From contig MU004190.1 in assembly GCA_010093605.1 (NCBI GenBank), forward strand, positions 806,001 to 870,000: 64,000 bases of DNA, written 5' to 3'. This document shows positions 35,312-48,431 of the stretch, piece by piece. The stretch's first letter is position 1, and each line of letters starts with the position of its first letter. Source of the stretch: Lophium mytilinum (Eukaryota). The position numbers were made by a program, and so were the translations under genes. The notes beneath the pieces are model-generated. The model made no database searches and was not told the DNA's origin. It saw nothing but the letters and a program-made list of their open reading frames with translations.

Positions 35312-36541
35312 ATGGCAACATACCGCCACCGCAACCCCACCCGCCCTTCACCTGCCACCGTCTCCGTGACCATGGAGCCCGACCAACTCAACCGCGACCT
35401 CACCAGCGCCGAAATCCGCATCCTCACCGCCGCCTCCCTCATCTCCCCCTCCCCAAATCCCGGCATGCGCACCGTCAGCGCCGCCGCCCTTTACCCCACT
35501 ACCAGCACCAAAACCCTCGAGCTCCCAGAGCACATGACCTCCGTAGCCGCCATGGAGCACGTCGGCTTCACCCCCGCCGCCGCTACCCAAGTCTTCAACA
35601 ACTACTACACGTGCCCGGACCCGGATAACTACCCCTACGGCCTCATAAGTCACGCCCACGACAAGGTCAAGCATCCCCGGTCTATGGCGCAAGTTGGGCT
35701 GAGGACGGAGTTCCAAGATGCGCTGCTGGATCCTACGTTCAAGGATGTGTTGAGGACGAACACGCTGTTGTACTGGGTTCAGGCGACGTTGTCGGGTAGG
35801 TATCGCATGCTGAGTGACTTGAGCGTGCGGTTGAAGCGGCTTGCGGAGAGGTTGGAAGGCAATTCTGCCGCGGCGCGTTGTCGTGGTGTGGAGATGCCAG
35901 AGGAGGTGATGAGGAGGCCGCCGCCGCGGCCGGAGGGGGAATGTTATCTGCTGTATAAGGGACAGGCGGCGCGCACGGTGTGGTATGCCGGAGAGGAGTG
36001 GGAGAAGGATGGGAGCTTCAATATGCGACAGCTGGCTAGCCTGCCGGTGCCCCCAGGGGATTTTAATGGTCGCATACCTGCTGTGTACTTCAATCTTGAG
36101 GCGGAGACGGCGGAGTTGTATAGGGCGTGGGCCGCGAGGCGGGACCAGTACTGCGAGACCTTGATGATTCGGGTTGAATTGCCGAAGGGTTATGTCGATG
36201 GCTTGAAGCAAGAGGAGGTGTTTTATGGGAAAAATTGGAAAGACTTGGCCTGGGTTCATCCCTCTCTGCATGGCACTCGGTTTCGGGAGTATAGGGAGGC
36301 CGAGCTTATCAAAGGGCATGTGTGCACAGGTGTGCAGAAGAAGAGATGGATGAAGGTTGAGGAAGTTCAAGAGAAGATATCGAAGAAGAATGCTATGAAG
36401 GTTCCCGAAAGGGACGAGGAGGTCATGGCGGTACAATGGGCTTTTTTGTCTGCAGAGCACGAGGGCCTGGGTGTGGCTAGTGCAGGGAATGTCTTTGTGG
36501 ATGTTATACCACCAGAGTGCTTGTTTGGGGAGTCGCCTTAA
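35312..36541 (+). CDS. Hypothetical protein, 409 aa; C-terminal half resembles DUF3990/ART-like motifs
   Basis: Intact single ORF with LYKG...GDFN..AVYFN..ETAELYRAWA and W...ELIKGHVC. Confidence 0.65.
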   Translation: MATYRHRNPTRPSPATVSVTMEPDQLNRDLTSAEIRILTAASLISPSPNPGMRTVSAAALYPTTSTKTLELPEHMTSVAAMEHVGFTPAAATQVFNNYYTCPDPDNYPYGLISHAHDKVKHPRSMAQVGLRTEFQDALLDPTFKDVLRTNTLLYWVQATLSGRYRMLSDLSVRLKRLAERLEGNSAAARCRGVEMPEEVMRRPPPRPEGECYLLYKGQAARTVWYAGEEWEKDGSFNMRQLASLPVPPGDFNGRIPAVYFNLEAETAELYRAWAARRDQYCETLMIRVELPKGYVDGLKQEEVFYGKNWKDLAWVHPSLHGTRFREYREAELIKGHVCTGVQKKRWMKVEEVQEKISKKNAMKVPERDEEVMAVQWAFLSAEHEGLGVASAGNVFVDVIPPECLFGESP

Positions 36542-37813
36542 TGATTAGGTCCCTGTCAAGGCAGGGCGACCATATAACGGCGCATGCTTCGAACAGCACC
36601 TGGACGTAAGTCTGTGCCACCTTTCTTCCAGGCTCTTTTGATATGCAGATCAATCCCAGACAATCGCAAGATTGACTAATGAAAGCTAGTAGGTTCAGTC
36701 CGAATTGCGTTACCTACGATCGTACCTCTCTTCTAAACCATAATTAACGCTTCGAGTACGTTGGACGTTGGAATGTTATAATATTGCTTATCTTCCGGTC
36801 CCCCAAATCTAGGCGGAGCGTGCTTCTAACATCGGAAAGAATCCCTAAGGTCGAGTAGCTTGACCAAGCTACGCTACAGCACCAGGATGTGAGTTTGTGC
36901 GACCAACTTCCCTTCTAATCGCAATGTTTCTTGCGGGACTTCTGATTCCTTGCGGGACTTCTGATGAAATACCAGACCTCGCCGAACGGAGTAACTTGGT
37001 ATAGTAGTAGGGCACAAGTTTAGGGAAGTTTCTTTTTATCTTGTAACGAATCATAGTGTGGCGCTACGGCACCACAAACAGCGGCAAGCAGGCTAGTAGT
37101 CAGCGCGTGGAGTTCCTCTGACTCAAGCTCTCGGGGAATCAACGTTTCATTAAAACATCTTCAGTGGGTTCAGATACCTCTAACGGTGGAGAACAAGGGT
37201 GTCTGGAGTTCTGTGAAGGCGCTGCAAGAGTGTTTGGGGCTGCTCTAAATTGCAGTGTGCCATCTACGACATCTTAGATAACTCTTGGAGAGACAAAGAA
37301 GGATCTCAGAGAGTGACGAGCGAGGTTGGACAAACTTATCCGCAGGTACGGTATTCAAGTTCGATTACGAGGCTGTCTGATTCGCGGCTTCAGAAATCTT
37401 ACATCACGTATGAATGTCCGATAGTGCACTGTAGAGCTTCAAGCAGTGGAGGTCGACCTCAAGTGAAAGATTTTGAAGGATAGTGTTGAGAGCACTATGT
37501 AGAAAACAAGTCGCTGTCATCATGGGTCGGCCCCTGCCAAGCAGTTTCTCCGTTCAGGAACCACCAAAGCATTCGCAAAACTCTTGTCCCAAAGTCAAAG
37601 CCCAGAGCTTTTTTCATCCGTTCCCAGTATATCCCAAAAGTACTGGGCGGCCCCGAATTCCTGAATATCAAGGCAGAAGCAATCTCAATGGTTAAGATGC
37701 AAAAGCAAATGCAATGTACTTTTGAGGGTCATCCCAACCCTAAACCCACTCACCGTCATGTATCGGCAAGAAGACCTCAACCAAATCACCCCATCCCCGT
37801 ATCTTATGTATCC

Positions 37814-39355
37814 TCAGTCTATGACTAAGGGGTTCAACCAGCCTCCAGGCCTCCTATCAGATCATTAGCACCATGCACCATCCAGAATATGCATGCAAAA
37901 GACACGTACCCCTTCCTTTGCCGCTTCCGCTCCCTAGCCATAGCCTCAAACCTTGTTCGCGCAGCCCTCGCCTCCTTCTCTTCAACGTCAATTCTCAGGC
38001 GCAGGAGCTCCTTGTCCTCGGGATCGTCCTCGAAAAACTCGTAGTATCCGGGACGCTTGCGACGAAAGCTGCTCGTGAGGCCGGGCTCAATCTTGATACC
38101 AGGCTCGATCTTCACGTCGACTTCGTCGGCTGGTTCAGGCTTGATGTCGATATCGGACTCAGGAGGTGGGGCACTGTCTCCAGTGGCTTGGGATAGGGGG
38201 TTGGCATGGTCGTGGAGAGTTTGAGACTCGGTTGTAGTAGGCTGCATGTTGAGAGCAGTATTGGTGGACGTGCCTGGGCCATCACCAAAGAGGGAACCTC
38301 CGTTTTGATTCTGGATAGTTGCGAGAAGTGCTTCTCTCTGGGCACGGATGCAGGTAGGGTCGGCAGTGTCCTTCGCGGTGAGCGGTTCAGTCGTGTGGGG
38401 TTGGTCCATGTTAGCTGGCTCAGGAGTCGCTTCGGGAATGAACAATGAGGACTCCTCTCTGGCGTTTCGTGCGGCGAGATCCGCGGCATCGCTGGGTGTA
38501 TTGGGGTCAGTGAGAGGGTCCTGAGCAATGGTACCCGAGCCCATCAGTGTGCCTGTCGTGGCGGTGCCATTCTCCGCGTGCTGCTCTCCCAAGTCGGTCG
38601 CATGGGTGTTCCCACGGATCGGGAGAGTAGTAGTAGTGGTATGAGCACCGTCTGGACGATCGTCATCATCATCTTCATCATCATCCTCGTCATCATTCTC
38701 GTCGTCTTCGTCCTCAGACTCGCTGTCGGAGTCCTCGATGGGAGCCGTGGGGCCCGTGGGAGCTGGACCTAGGGCCACCATAACACAAGCTGATGGTCCA
38801 AGTGTCTCTCCCAAGATAGCCTCAACCTGCCGCAGATCCTACGTAGTACCGTTAGTAGTCTAAGGAGGCATCGAAGAAGAAATTGGCCGCAGGTGCGGGA
38901 CTATCGAGACTCACCTCCGAGCGCACTCGTGCCCAATTATTGACCGCCCCAGGATGAAAGTGCTTGTAGTGAGTGATGGCCGGTTTGAGGTTGCGAGGCC
39001 ATAGGCCAAGGAGTCCAGTGCGATCTCTTGCGGTCTCCATCTTCTCAACCATGAGTTGAAGTGAGGCGAGGCCTCCGGCTACATCTCCTTTCGAACATCG
39101 AGTGAGCTTGCGCAGCTTGCGGAGTACTCCGTATGACCATCGAGTGGGATCATCTTCGGCCCGACGCGGCCTCTCATATCTTCTATGATTGCTGCGAGGG
39201 ACCCGGGCGATGTAGCGGAACTGCTGTGGGATCGTCGTTGCGATGTTCTCCACTCCCCAATTTCTTTTCATCTCATCGACCATCTCATCAACCATCGCAT
39301 CCGTCTGGTCGGTGACTTCGCCTTTCAGCTTCTTGGTGGTCCAGGTAGACACCAT
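37814..39355 (-). CDS. Hypothetical low-complexity acidic protein, probably 3 exons
   Basis: The 39355 ORF joins the 38814 ORF in frame via intron 38914-38839 (GTGAGT..CTAAC..TAG). A further GTACGT..CTAAT..TAG intron gives the C-terminus GRPGGWLNPLVID*. Confidence 0.55.
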
Positions 39356-40106
39356 CTTGACAGAGTGCTGAGAATCGAGGATATGTGAAGGTGATGGTAT
39401 CGAGTAATAGATGGACCACCCGCGGCGCTTTTGTGAGGAATGCGATCGAACTAAGAGTCAAAATGCTGGTATCTGAAAAGTGAGTAGTGGTAGGGTCCTG
39501 TGGCAAGAACCTGGAAGGCACGTTGTAAAAGAGAGGAGAGTGGCGAAAGTGTGATGCAGATAGAGAGGATATGGGCGGAGGTAGGTGTAAGTAGAGGAAG
39601 TTGTAGGAGGAAGAGGTTATAGGATATGAAGTGTAGGAAGAGGAGTAAGGAGATATATATACAGGTGTACGCCAGAAGGTGAGGAGTGAAGAATGTGTGG
39701 AAGATGCTGGAGATAGAAAGGTATCTAAATCAGCAGTGAGCTGTTCGAGATGGAAGATGTGAGGGAGACTAGGCGGCCTAATGATGAAGCCGAATCAAGA
39801 TATCTCTAAAGTCGGATAGAGACTTGGTATAGAGGTATGTGAAAGAGAGGGGATACCACGGCGAGGTAAAAAAAAAAGTCGATATTCATCTGGGTTCTGT
39901 ACACCTTGCTCTCATGAAGTAAGAGTATGGCAGGAGTGTTTCTTCTCGTTTTGCTTTTCCTTCCATTGGAAGCGGATAGCGAAGTGTGTGTAGATATACT
40001 TATATGTGTAAGATATCAACCAATCAGCCACCATATCAAACGATATCCTAGTCTGATTCCATGCAAAGAGCCTGTGATATGAGTGAGCCAACGTGCCCGA
40101 ATGCGC

Positions 40107-41923
40107 TCAAAGCACGACAGTGTTAAGCTCCGGATATTTCTTGAGTATCTGCGGCGATCCTGGCTTCAGCCTCCAATGCTGAGCGCGAGTAAGATGTAGC
40201 TTGAAGCGATCGGTCAACTGCGGTGCGGAGCACTTGCAGCCGCTACAGCCCGTGACTGTATAAGGCCCCGTGGCTCCGAACACGAGATCCGGCGGAGGCG
40301 CAAATGTGATAGCTTCGTTGAGGCTGTAGGGCCAGCAAATGGTGGTTTGGGATCCGAAATATCCTTCGAGCTCTGAACTCCCGCCTTCATCTACTGGGTC
40401 GCGGGCTCTGATTCTTTCTCGGACACTTGGCCTATGTAGCTGTTAGTGTTTCCGTCCTGAAGCTTGGAGAGGATGCCCATACCATGGAAGAAAGTCCCAT
40501 CGAGTTACAGGGCGGTCCTTAGGGGTTGTTGGTGGCAGCATGTATGAAGGTATCCACGGGATCTCCTCTACGACCGGGCGGAGGAAGTACTGTAACCCAG
40601 CACGTGTGATTAGCCGACGTAGGTTTGAAAAACTACTTGGCCGACTATTTCGGCATATTCAAGATTAGGTTTTCAGTGGAAACTTACTCTCAGGAGGCTG
40701 TGTAAGCACCAGTACGCTCCCAGAAAACTCGCTGGTTCTATCCAGGAAGACCCTTCTCGCATTTGTTCGAAAAGAGCTTTCGAAAGGGGGGAATTGCAGC
40801 CGGTAGACGAGAAAAAGGGCGCCATACAAGGCACAGCGGGCAGTATGGTATCCAGAGTTTCTTTAGGGAGGTCTTTGTACTTTTCTAGCGCGTTCTGAAC
40901 CATTTGCTCAAATAGAGAACCAGGGCGGTCTCTCCTAGGCGTACTTCCAAAAGTCCATATACTCCTTAGTCCCGGAGAAACATGGATGGTAGGTTGACTA
41001 GGAGGTGGAGTAACGTTCCTGTTGCTTGTGCTGATGATTCTGGAAGACGACGTGGTTGAAGGCGTTTCCGCCGAGATAGATTGAGGAGCCCTCAAATCCG
41101 CGAAATCAAGAGATCCTCTTCCATTGAAGAGTGTTGATGGGTCGGGCATTGACAGACCATTGCGTCTTATGTCATCATATATCTGGCTTTCTGAATAACT
41201 CTCTGCTGTTGATGAGGTAAAGGTGTCGAAATTCGACTCAGATTGAATGACAGACCAGAAAGCCTCGTCGCCGAATGCAAGGCCATCCGCTTGGGTCACG
41301 GTCAGCGGATCGATGTCGTGAGCTGTATTGAACTCGAGATTATGATAGCCGGCCATCTCTACGCCATTGGGAACTTCCGGTGAGTTTGAATTACTATTGG
41401 GAATAGGAGAATTGTCTTGAGGACCAGGAATTCCAGTGGTGGTTCGGCTATGGGATGTCCTTCTTCTCTTGCTGCTGGATAGGACTTCCATCCCTTGATC
41501 GCTGGTCTTTTCTTTTGGGGTTGTATCATCCGTTGAATGATCCTGACTTCTGCAAAGGCCGTTCGATGTAGCGCCTTCGCTTTCCGCGAAGCAAAGCCGT
41601 CCAATTTTCTCCAATCGAGCCCGTAAACGGGCTACCTCCTCCTTCAAGAGTTGGTTCTCGGCAATCTTCTCTTTCAATTCCCGGTTTACATTGGTAGCGA
41701 GAAGGGCCTGAAGGGCGCTCTCTAGCTCTGCTATACGTTGCTTCGTCTTTTCACGCATGGCACGCTGGGACCTCCGGTCCGACAGCCGCTTGCGTTGTAG
41801 CCGTGACGCTGTGTCTGGGGACTCATCTCTCTTGGCCTCAGCTCCCTTTGGCGTCTTCCGTCGTCTGTCGCTTGGTGCAGCAGTGTTAACGTTGGCGTCT
41901 TGCGCTTGCGTTGATGGACTCAT
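40107..41923 (-). CDS. bZIP transcription factor with C-terminal DUF3425-type domain
   Basis: Basic region RKRLSDRRSQRAMREKTKQRIAELE plus zipper. Spliced exons give WDFLPWPSVRERI...ICWPY...HWRL...YPEL; stop at 40107-40109. Confidence 0.85.
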
Positions 41924-42496
41924 CGTGGCGATTGGACGCTGTGTCAGAGAATCTAGACGATCAAAGGCGATAATTCGAAATCTCACAGACCTAAATTTAC
42001 AGGGCTCAAGCTTTGAACGAGATGATATAAGTGCATGCTGCAGTGATGTCGTGGAACTAAGGTACAGCTGCAACAGAGGCGGTTGAAACCGAGGCGTCCG
42101 GGCTAACCGGACGAGTGAAGGGCCGCCCCGCAACTCCACGTTTTGCCCCACCACCCCCGGAATTTCGTTGTGCATGGATCTATATTCGCTCTACGCTTAA
42201 ATCTGGCCGATTGGGTGCGGAAGCCTTGTGATAGTTATATTTTCTCATTTGTAGATATCTAGTCTTAATAGCGGTCTCTTTTTCTTATTGCATGAAGCTC
42301 ATAAAGGTCGTAAATATATGTCCTTTTTCTGACTCGGCGTTGCCGGAATCATGAGTTACCCCTTTTGGAACACCTCTAATTTAGCCGCAAATTGTTCCGG
42401 CTTCAATATTGCATCTCTCAACGTCTGATGACAACAGAGTGGTATTTACAGTACATACTACGGTACAGGCAATTAATATCCTCCTCGCATTAACCC

Positions 42497-44198
42497 TCAA
42501 GAGCTTCCAATTTTCGCCTTTGCGCTTTCGAATACAGAGAGTAGAGCCTTTGTTAATCCAAAATGCTCCCCAGTCCTCTGATCTACCGCGGCCAGCACCC
42601 CCACGACAGCCGAGAGCTTCAGTAAAGTTACTACAAGCGCGAATCGTCCCTTTCCTATCTTTTGATCTTCCATAGTCTCGCCTCGTTTGAAAGCCCCCTT
42701 ATTTGCGACACTCACTTTCCCAATGTTCTTGATATCATAAGGCGGTTGTAGAAAGCTTAAGAGCTTAGCCAAGAGCCCCGGGGGTGAGACTACAGTCCGT
42801 GTATGAGTGAATGCATCAAATCCATGCTTGCCGTGGTAGTATCCCGTCCCAGACTCGCCGACACCGCCGAACGGGGCAGTAGGCACGCCAGCGTGAAGCA
42901 TCACCTCATTGATAGTCACTCCGCCGGATTGAGTGTGGGATATTACTATACAACGGGTCAGTCTGTGAAGGCTTCGGCTATGTTAGTATTGAAGCACTCA
43001 CTCTCTTCAATTTCGGCTTTGTTCTTGCTGAAGATGTAGATTCCCAGTGGATGGCCCAGCGTGTTGATAGCTTGATATGCTTTCCGGAAGTTGTCTTTGA
43101 TGACGGGTAGGATTGGACCGAAGAGCTCTTCTTCCAGCAATGGGTCTTCGGCAGTCAGCAATTTGCCCCATCACATTAGTCCGGAGTGGCAGGCCTACCT
43201 TTCATCGTCACATCAGTGATCACAGTTGGAGAAATATGAAGCGTGTCCCGATTAGACGTCCCACCCCTTACGATGTTCCCTCTGGTCCTATCCATCATGT
43301 CCTTCAAGCGGTCAAAGTTCCGTGAGTTGATGATCGTGGTCATGTCCTCCTTCCCGCCCTTCAAAAACTCTTCAAACCAGTACTGTAGTCTTGCGATAAA
43401 CTTGTCGTGAACATTCGGATGTACGAATACGTGGTTCACTGAAAGGCAAATCTGTCCTGCGTTCAGGTATTTGACCCACGCTATCTTTCTCGCCGCCAGG
43501 TCGAGATCTGCGGATTCGCAAACGATGGCCGGACCTTGTCCACCAAGTTCGAGGACAGTAGGTGTCAGATGCTTCGCCGTAGCCGCAGTAATGAAGCGCG
43601 CAACCTTCGAGGATCCAGTAAAGAAGACCTCATCGAATTTAAGCTCCAAGATCTTCCCCGTCTCCCGCGCTCCTCCAGTGACTATCCTGATGGCGTCCTG
43701 GTCTAGATATTTCGGGATCATCTTCGCCATCAGATTTTGCGACGCCTCTGCCATCTCCGATGGCTTTAGCATGACCGCACACCCTGCCGTCACAGCTGCA
43801 ATAAGCGGCTGAATGGTCAGAGTTATTGGGAAGTTCCACGGGCCAATGACGAGTGCAACTCCTAGTGGCTCCTTCCTGATATGGGCGCCTGACAGCCTTC
43901 CCATGATTAGTCCGGCATCTGGGATCTCGTCCGCCGCCCATTCCTCCATATGCTTCAGATGGTCGAGGACGTCGTTCTTCATCGACATGAACTCGACGAA
44001 ATGGGTCTCAAATTCGTGTCGGTTAAGGTCCGCATTGAGGGCCTTCACCATTTCCGCCTCATTATCCTCAATCATCCACCATATCTGCTTGAGCTGCCAT
44101 TTGCGCCATGCTAGAGACTTCGTCTTCCCAGATCGGAACGTCCGCTGGAGCGTCTCGTAGGCGTCTTCGAGTTCGGCCGCGGTGGTGTAGGTGGACAT
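42497..44198 (-). CDS. Aldehyde dehydrogenase, ALDH3/fatty-aldehyde (Hfd1/CarD-like) family, with C-terminal membrane anchor
   Basis: EPLGVALVIGPWNFP, FTGS, LELGG (catalytic Glu), NAGQICLS (catalytic Cys), EELFGP, PFGGVGESG.GYYHGK; 2 introns. Confidence 0.92.
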
Positions 44199-44831
44199 GG
44201 TGCTCAACCTACAATTACCAAGTAACGCGAATAGTCGAGATTGTTTAGGACCAGTAGATCGCGAAATGTCGTGATAGACGCGTTCAATGGAACGGAATTG
44301 GGTCCCGAATTCCGAGCGCGGAAATAAGACAAAAAGAGCGGGAGCAGTCCGAGCTAGGGACGTGTGATATATTCAGCTAGCTTACAATATCGACAATATG
44401 AAGATGATTATCACTTAACTTTATCAGCCTGACGGCTAACGACAGCAACGAGTAAATAATAAATGTACTCAGGCAGGCGGGGATAGTGGGGGCGATGGAC
44501 GAATTCCCGAGGCGTCCTCGTCAGCAATTTCCCTGTAAGGAGGGGACACTAAGAAAAGCAAAGATTTATGCGAATTTCATGAATTACATACATTTTGAAG
44601 AATTGTATCGACTCACAAAACTACTGTTTCCCACTCGAAGCCCATATTCCCATTCCGAGAGATCGGACAAATGGCTGAATTTATGCAGATCTGACAGTCG
44701 TACGCGTTTTGCCCGGGATCCTGGATCCAGATAATTCCAAGAGCAGAGAAACTCCTATTCGGTTCTTCGAGGTCCGTTTAATGTATCTCAGTGGCGTTTA
44801 CCATTGAAATACGTCAATTTAACGTTTAAAC

Positions 44832-44878
44832 CCACGTGGTTAAGGTCCACTTAACCACGTGGAAGCTCTTGTCACGTG
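44832..44878. promoter_or_regulatory. Perfect 13-bp inverted repeat with CCACGTGG in each arm, plus a third CACGTG (E-box/G-box cluster)
   Basis: CCACGTGGTTAAG (44832-44844) - GTCCA - CTTAACCACGTGG (44850-44862); CACGTG at 44873-44878; located upstream of the ALDH. Confidence 0.5.
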
Positions 44879-45075
44879 CCTGAGAACTGAAGTCATGATT
44901 CCCTTCCAATCCCAGACTTTGGATTCATATAGATAGTCATAGCGTGATTAATCGTTGAACCCCCTGATAATGTATGCCCATAATGCTTTCACTCTTGTTG
45001 CGGATATTTGTGAACGTGATGAAGGACCTCAGACAGTCGCGAGCAGGTGTGCAGACGTCCATCCCAGCGCAACTT

Positions 45076-46812
45076 TCAAGCGACGAATGCATAGCTACCA
45101 AGCATAGCATACACTTCCCAGGCACTGACATGCTTTTCTCCTTCAAGGAGTTGAGCGACCATTTGGGCGTTGCGGATGAAGAAGTGGCTGCTGATGTAGT
45201 GTAGTTGCTTGATAACCCAAGACCTCATGCCTGGTACTGTATCGGACAGTCCAGCAACATAGAGGGGAAAGATGAGCATGTAGCAGTCGATCAGGTGGTC
45301 GTGTGTATGAAGATGGCCGGTATGCACTGGAATGTCCATGGACGCGAAGTGTCTTTGCTGAACTGCGCCATTGCAGTCGACGTAGGGCGGCACACTGGCA
45401 CATATCTCGCGAGCCAGTATCTCGATGTTATTTAGAGCTGCTGCAAGGAGCTGCGAGTGCTCGGGAGCAGCCAGAGAGTGCTCTATGAGAGAGTTGATGA
45501 CAAGGGTCCTCATAACCCGGAATAAGTTTCGCGCTAGACATATTTTTGGGTCGGAGTAGGTGTCATAATGAGAGCCAAATACTCTGTCTGAAGTGCATTC
45601 CGTAAATGTAGTTATACGGTCCCATCTTGCCGGTAATTCAAAGTCTATGGTCAGTAGCCTTTCGTCGAGCTTCATGGCCATTCTGACATATTCTTCATTG
45701 GATAGCACACCGCGCTTAGCGTCGTTCCGGAATCTCCCATAATCAACCATCACCTCCGATAGTCTTAACTTAGGGTCTAGTGTGTGAAGGTGATTGGCAA
45801 TATGAGCTTGAATAGCCATCAGCTCATCAGGTACCGGTGAATCACTACAGAGGCAGCTCATGAGAGAGTTTGAGCTGAGTCGCAATAAGATGTCGATGTC
45901 AGAGCGATTTTGGAACTGCTCCAGACCGCGCAGCTTAACAAGAGAAAGTGCCCCATCTACATGGCTCGTCCATGACTTGGTGTTGCGAGGCTCTATATCG
46001 GTGATCTTCTCAAAGAGATCGAGAAGAAGGGACGCCAGCAATGTAGCCTCTTTGGTCGCTTCCTTGGGGCTTTTCAGAATCTTGGTAGTCATTCGTAGGG
46101 CTAAAACATATCTTTCTCGAGCATTGGCTAAAGCGGTGTCTGAATTGACTTGATGCCATAGGTAAGCGAGGCTGACGGCTTCAATCGCTAACGTCAGGTG
46201 CTCCGGGGAGTCCGTCGGATGAGAGTATGGCCTCAGAAAGTTCCAACATTTGGACGTAACGTAGAAAGCAAAGAACGCCTCCCGGGCCTGCAAGTCTATC
46301 GAGAGCGGGAGGAATTGTGGTTTAACGGGATGCGCATTCTGCACTACGAAGACTTTCTTCGCAACGGTCAGACTTTCGTCTCGAATACGCAGTTGCTGTG
46401 TGTCCCGGTATCCTGAACAAGCTACGCTAGCCCTAGTACATTGGCCGCAAGTCGGAATCATGAAATCGCACTAAACACAGTGTTACCTGTTCGTTCCAGA
46501 AAGGGTCAGACGGGGGCATAGAAGAAGTGGCACTCTAACTCTAGAACAAGCCGTCGTGGGTGTGCCCGTATCTGCCGCTGCTTGAGGCGCTTTGATGCAT
46601 TTCTAGGAGATCTAAACGTGATAGGAGCTATTCAACATAGACTTGTTGAAGAACTTCAAACAGCGGCAGGCAGGTGTACACTCGAGCCGGAGTGCTTGAT
46701 GGATGTGCCACTATTTTCAGGCACAGGGTATATTGCCAAGATTGCGACGCACCTTCAATCTCCGAGCTCTGCAACGTTCGCAGGCCTTGGAGGGTCTACC
46801 GCGAAATACCAT
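45076..46812 (-). CDS. Zn(II)2Cys6 transcription factor
   Basis: MVFRGRPSKACERCRARRLK, an intron of about 280 nt, then CDFMIPTCGQCTRASVACSGYRD; fungal TF body with WTSHVDGA and EICASVP. Confidence 0.9.
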
Positions 46813-47403
46813 GGCTGTGTGGTCTATCAGAATGGCTACGATAAGCAGCCGCTTTGAGAGATGACGAGATGATGGATGACGGGAGGAGGTTCGTGACACT
46901 GAGATGTTCTTTGGAAAGAAATGGACCTGACTAGATTTGTGGGTCAAGGACGCCAACGCTATACTACATCAGATATGCTGTTCGACGTGCATAAAAGAAG
47001 CTCATTGGCTGCAACGAGAGACTCGATTCGTGACTACTTCATTTGCGGCATGTTTCTCGACGGACAGCATGAATTTGACACCTATTGGCGGCGTTAACGA
47101 TCTAAGCCTTTGAGTACGTCCTGGGGGGAAATAGTCTAGGTTCAGGGACGCAGAAAGAGGCTTGATGAGACGCTATTCACATGTAGCAGGTAATTCGACT
47201 GTGAAACTAGCTGAAGTATAAGAGTTCCGGTCTGGTAAGACATTTGAAGAAGCCCTTGGTTAATCAATTTACTTCGCTACTACTAGATACTACCTACACG
47301 TATCCTTTCTTTTCAGGATCCTCCGCTCTCTTCTTGACTTCTGGCTTAAGCCGACACCAATCAGCAGTACATCCATCACTCGAAGGCTATTATACTCCCC
47401 AAA

Positions 47404-48431
47404 ATGGCCTTCCTCGCAGCCTTCATCAAACGCCAATTCATCTCCTATCCACCTATTCCTACCACATCTTTCTCTGGCAAAACCGCCATTGTCACCGGCA
47501 GCAACGTCGGCCTTGGCCTCGAAGCCTGCCGCTACCTAGTCCGTCTCGGAGCATCACAAGTGCTAATAGCATGTCGAAACACCGAGAAAGGAGAAGCAGC
47601 AGCAAAGGACATTCAAGCCTCAACATCATGCTCTCCTGGCACCATCAAGGTGTGGCAACTCGACATGAGCTCTTACGCTTCAGTACAAGCCTTCGCCGAG
47701 CGCGCGACAGCCGAGCTACCTCGCCTTGACATCTTGCTTCTTAATGCTGGGTTAGCGACCATGAAGTTCCGAATGGCTGAGGGACTCGAAGAGACGATCA
47801 ACACGAATGTCGTTTCGCTTTCCCTACTCGCCTTCCTACTTCACCCAAAGCTTCATGATACTGCAGTCAAATACGACACGGAAACCCATCTCACAGCCAC
47901 AGGGTCTGAACTGTACGAAGTTGCCAAGTTTGCGGAAAGGGCAGCACCGGAGGGCCAGATATTCGCGACTCTCAGCGACCAGAGCGAAGCCAACATGCGA
48001 GATCGCTACAATACTTCGAAGCTACTTCTGATCTTTGTTATGAAGCAACTAGCTGCCATAGCTCCTCTTGGACCTAGCAAAGTAATTGTGAACTGTGTGG
48101 GTCCCGGGTATGTCTTCATCCGACCTCCACTCGAGTAAATGCTGACTTTTGCAGATTTTGTCAAAGCGAGCTCCATCGTGACTACACGAACGCCGCCCTT
48201 CGCCTCCTTATAAGGCTGCTCGCTCGTCCGACCGAGGTGGGCTCACGTACACTTGTGTATGGTGCCGGCGCAGGACCAGACACGCATGGCCAGTACTTGC
48301 CAGATTGCAAGATCACGCCGACCAAGGGCTTGGCCAGCGGCGAGGCAGGTAGCAAGCTGCAAGCTCGGATTTGGTTGGAGCTGAAGCAGAAGTTGGAGGT
48401 TGTTAGCCCCGGTGTTACTTCATTGACTTGA
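47404..48431 (+). CDS. Short-chain dehydrogenase/reductase (retinol dehydrogenase/WWOX-like)
   Basis: TGSNVGLG, LLNAG, YNTSK, VNCVGPG; one intron; last exon EVGSRTLV..HGQYL. Confidence 0.9.

Noticed and set aside
35348..36460. 370-aa minus-strand ORF
   Set aside because: Antisense shadow of the 409-aa plus-strand ORF; no motifs.
36930..36965. 17-bp tandem duplication CTTGCGGGACTTCTGAT, two copies
   Set aside because: Only two copies in intergenic DNA; simple local duplication, not an array or CRISPR.
41924..42175. N-terminal extension of the bZIP ORF from the ATG at 42175
   Set aside because: The extension looks like promoter/UTR sequence; the ATG at 41923 (GCCACGATG context) is the more plausible start.
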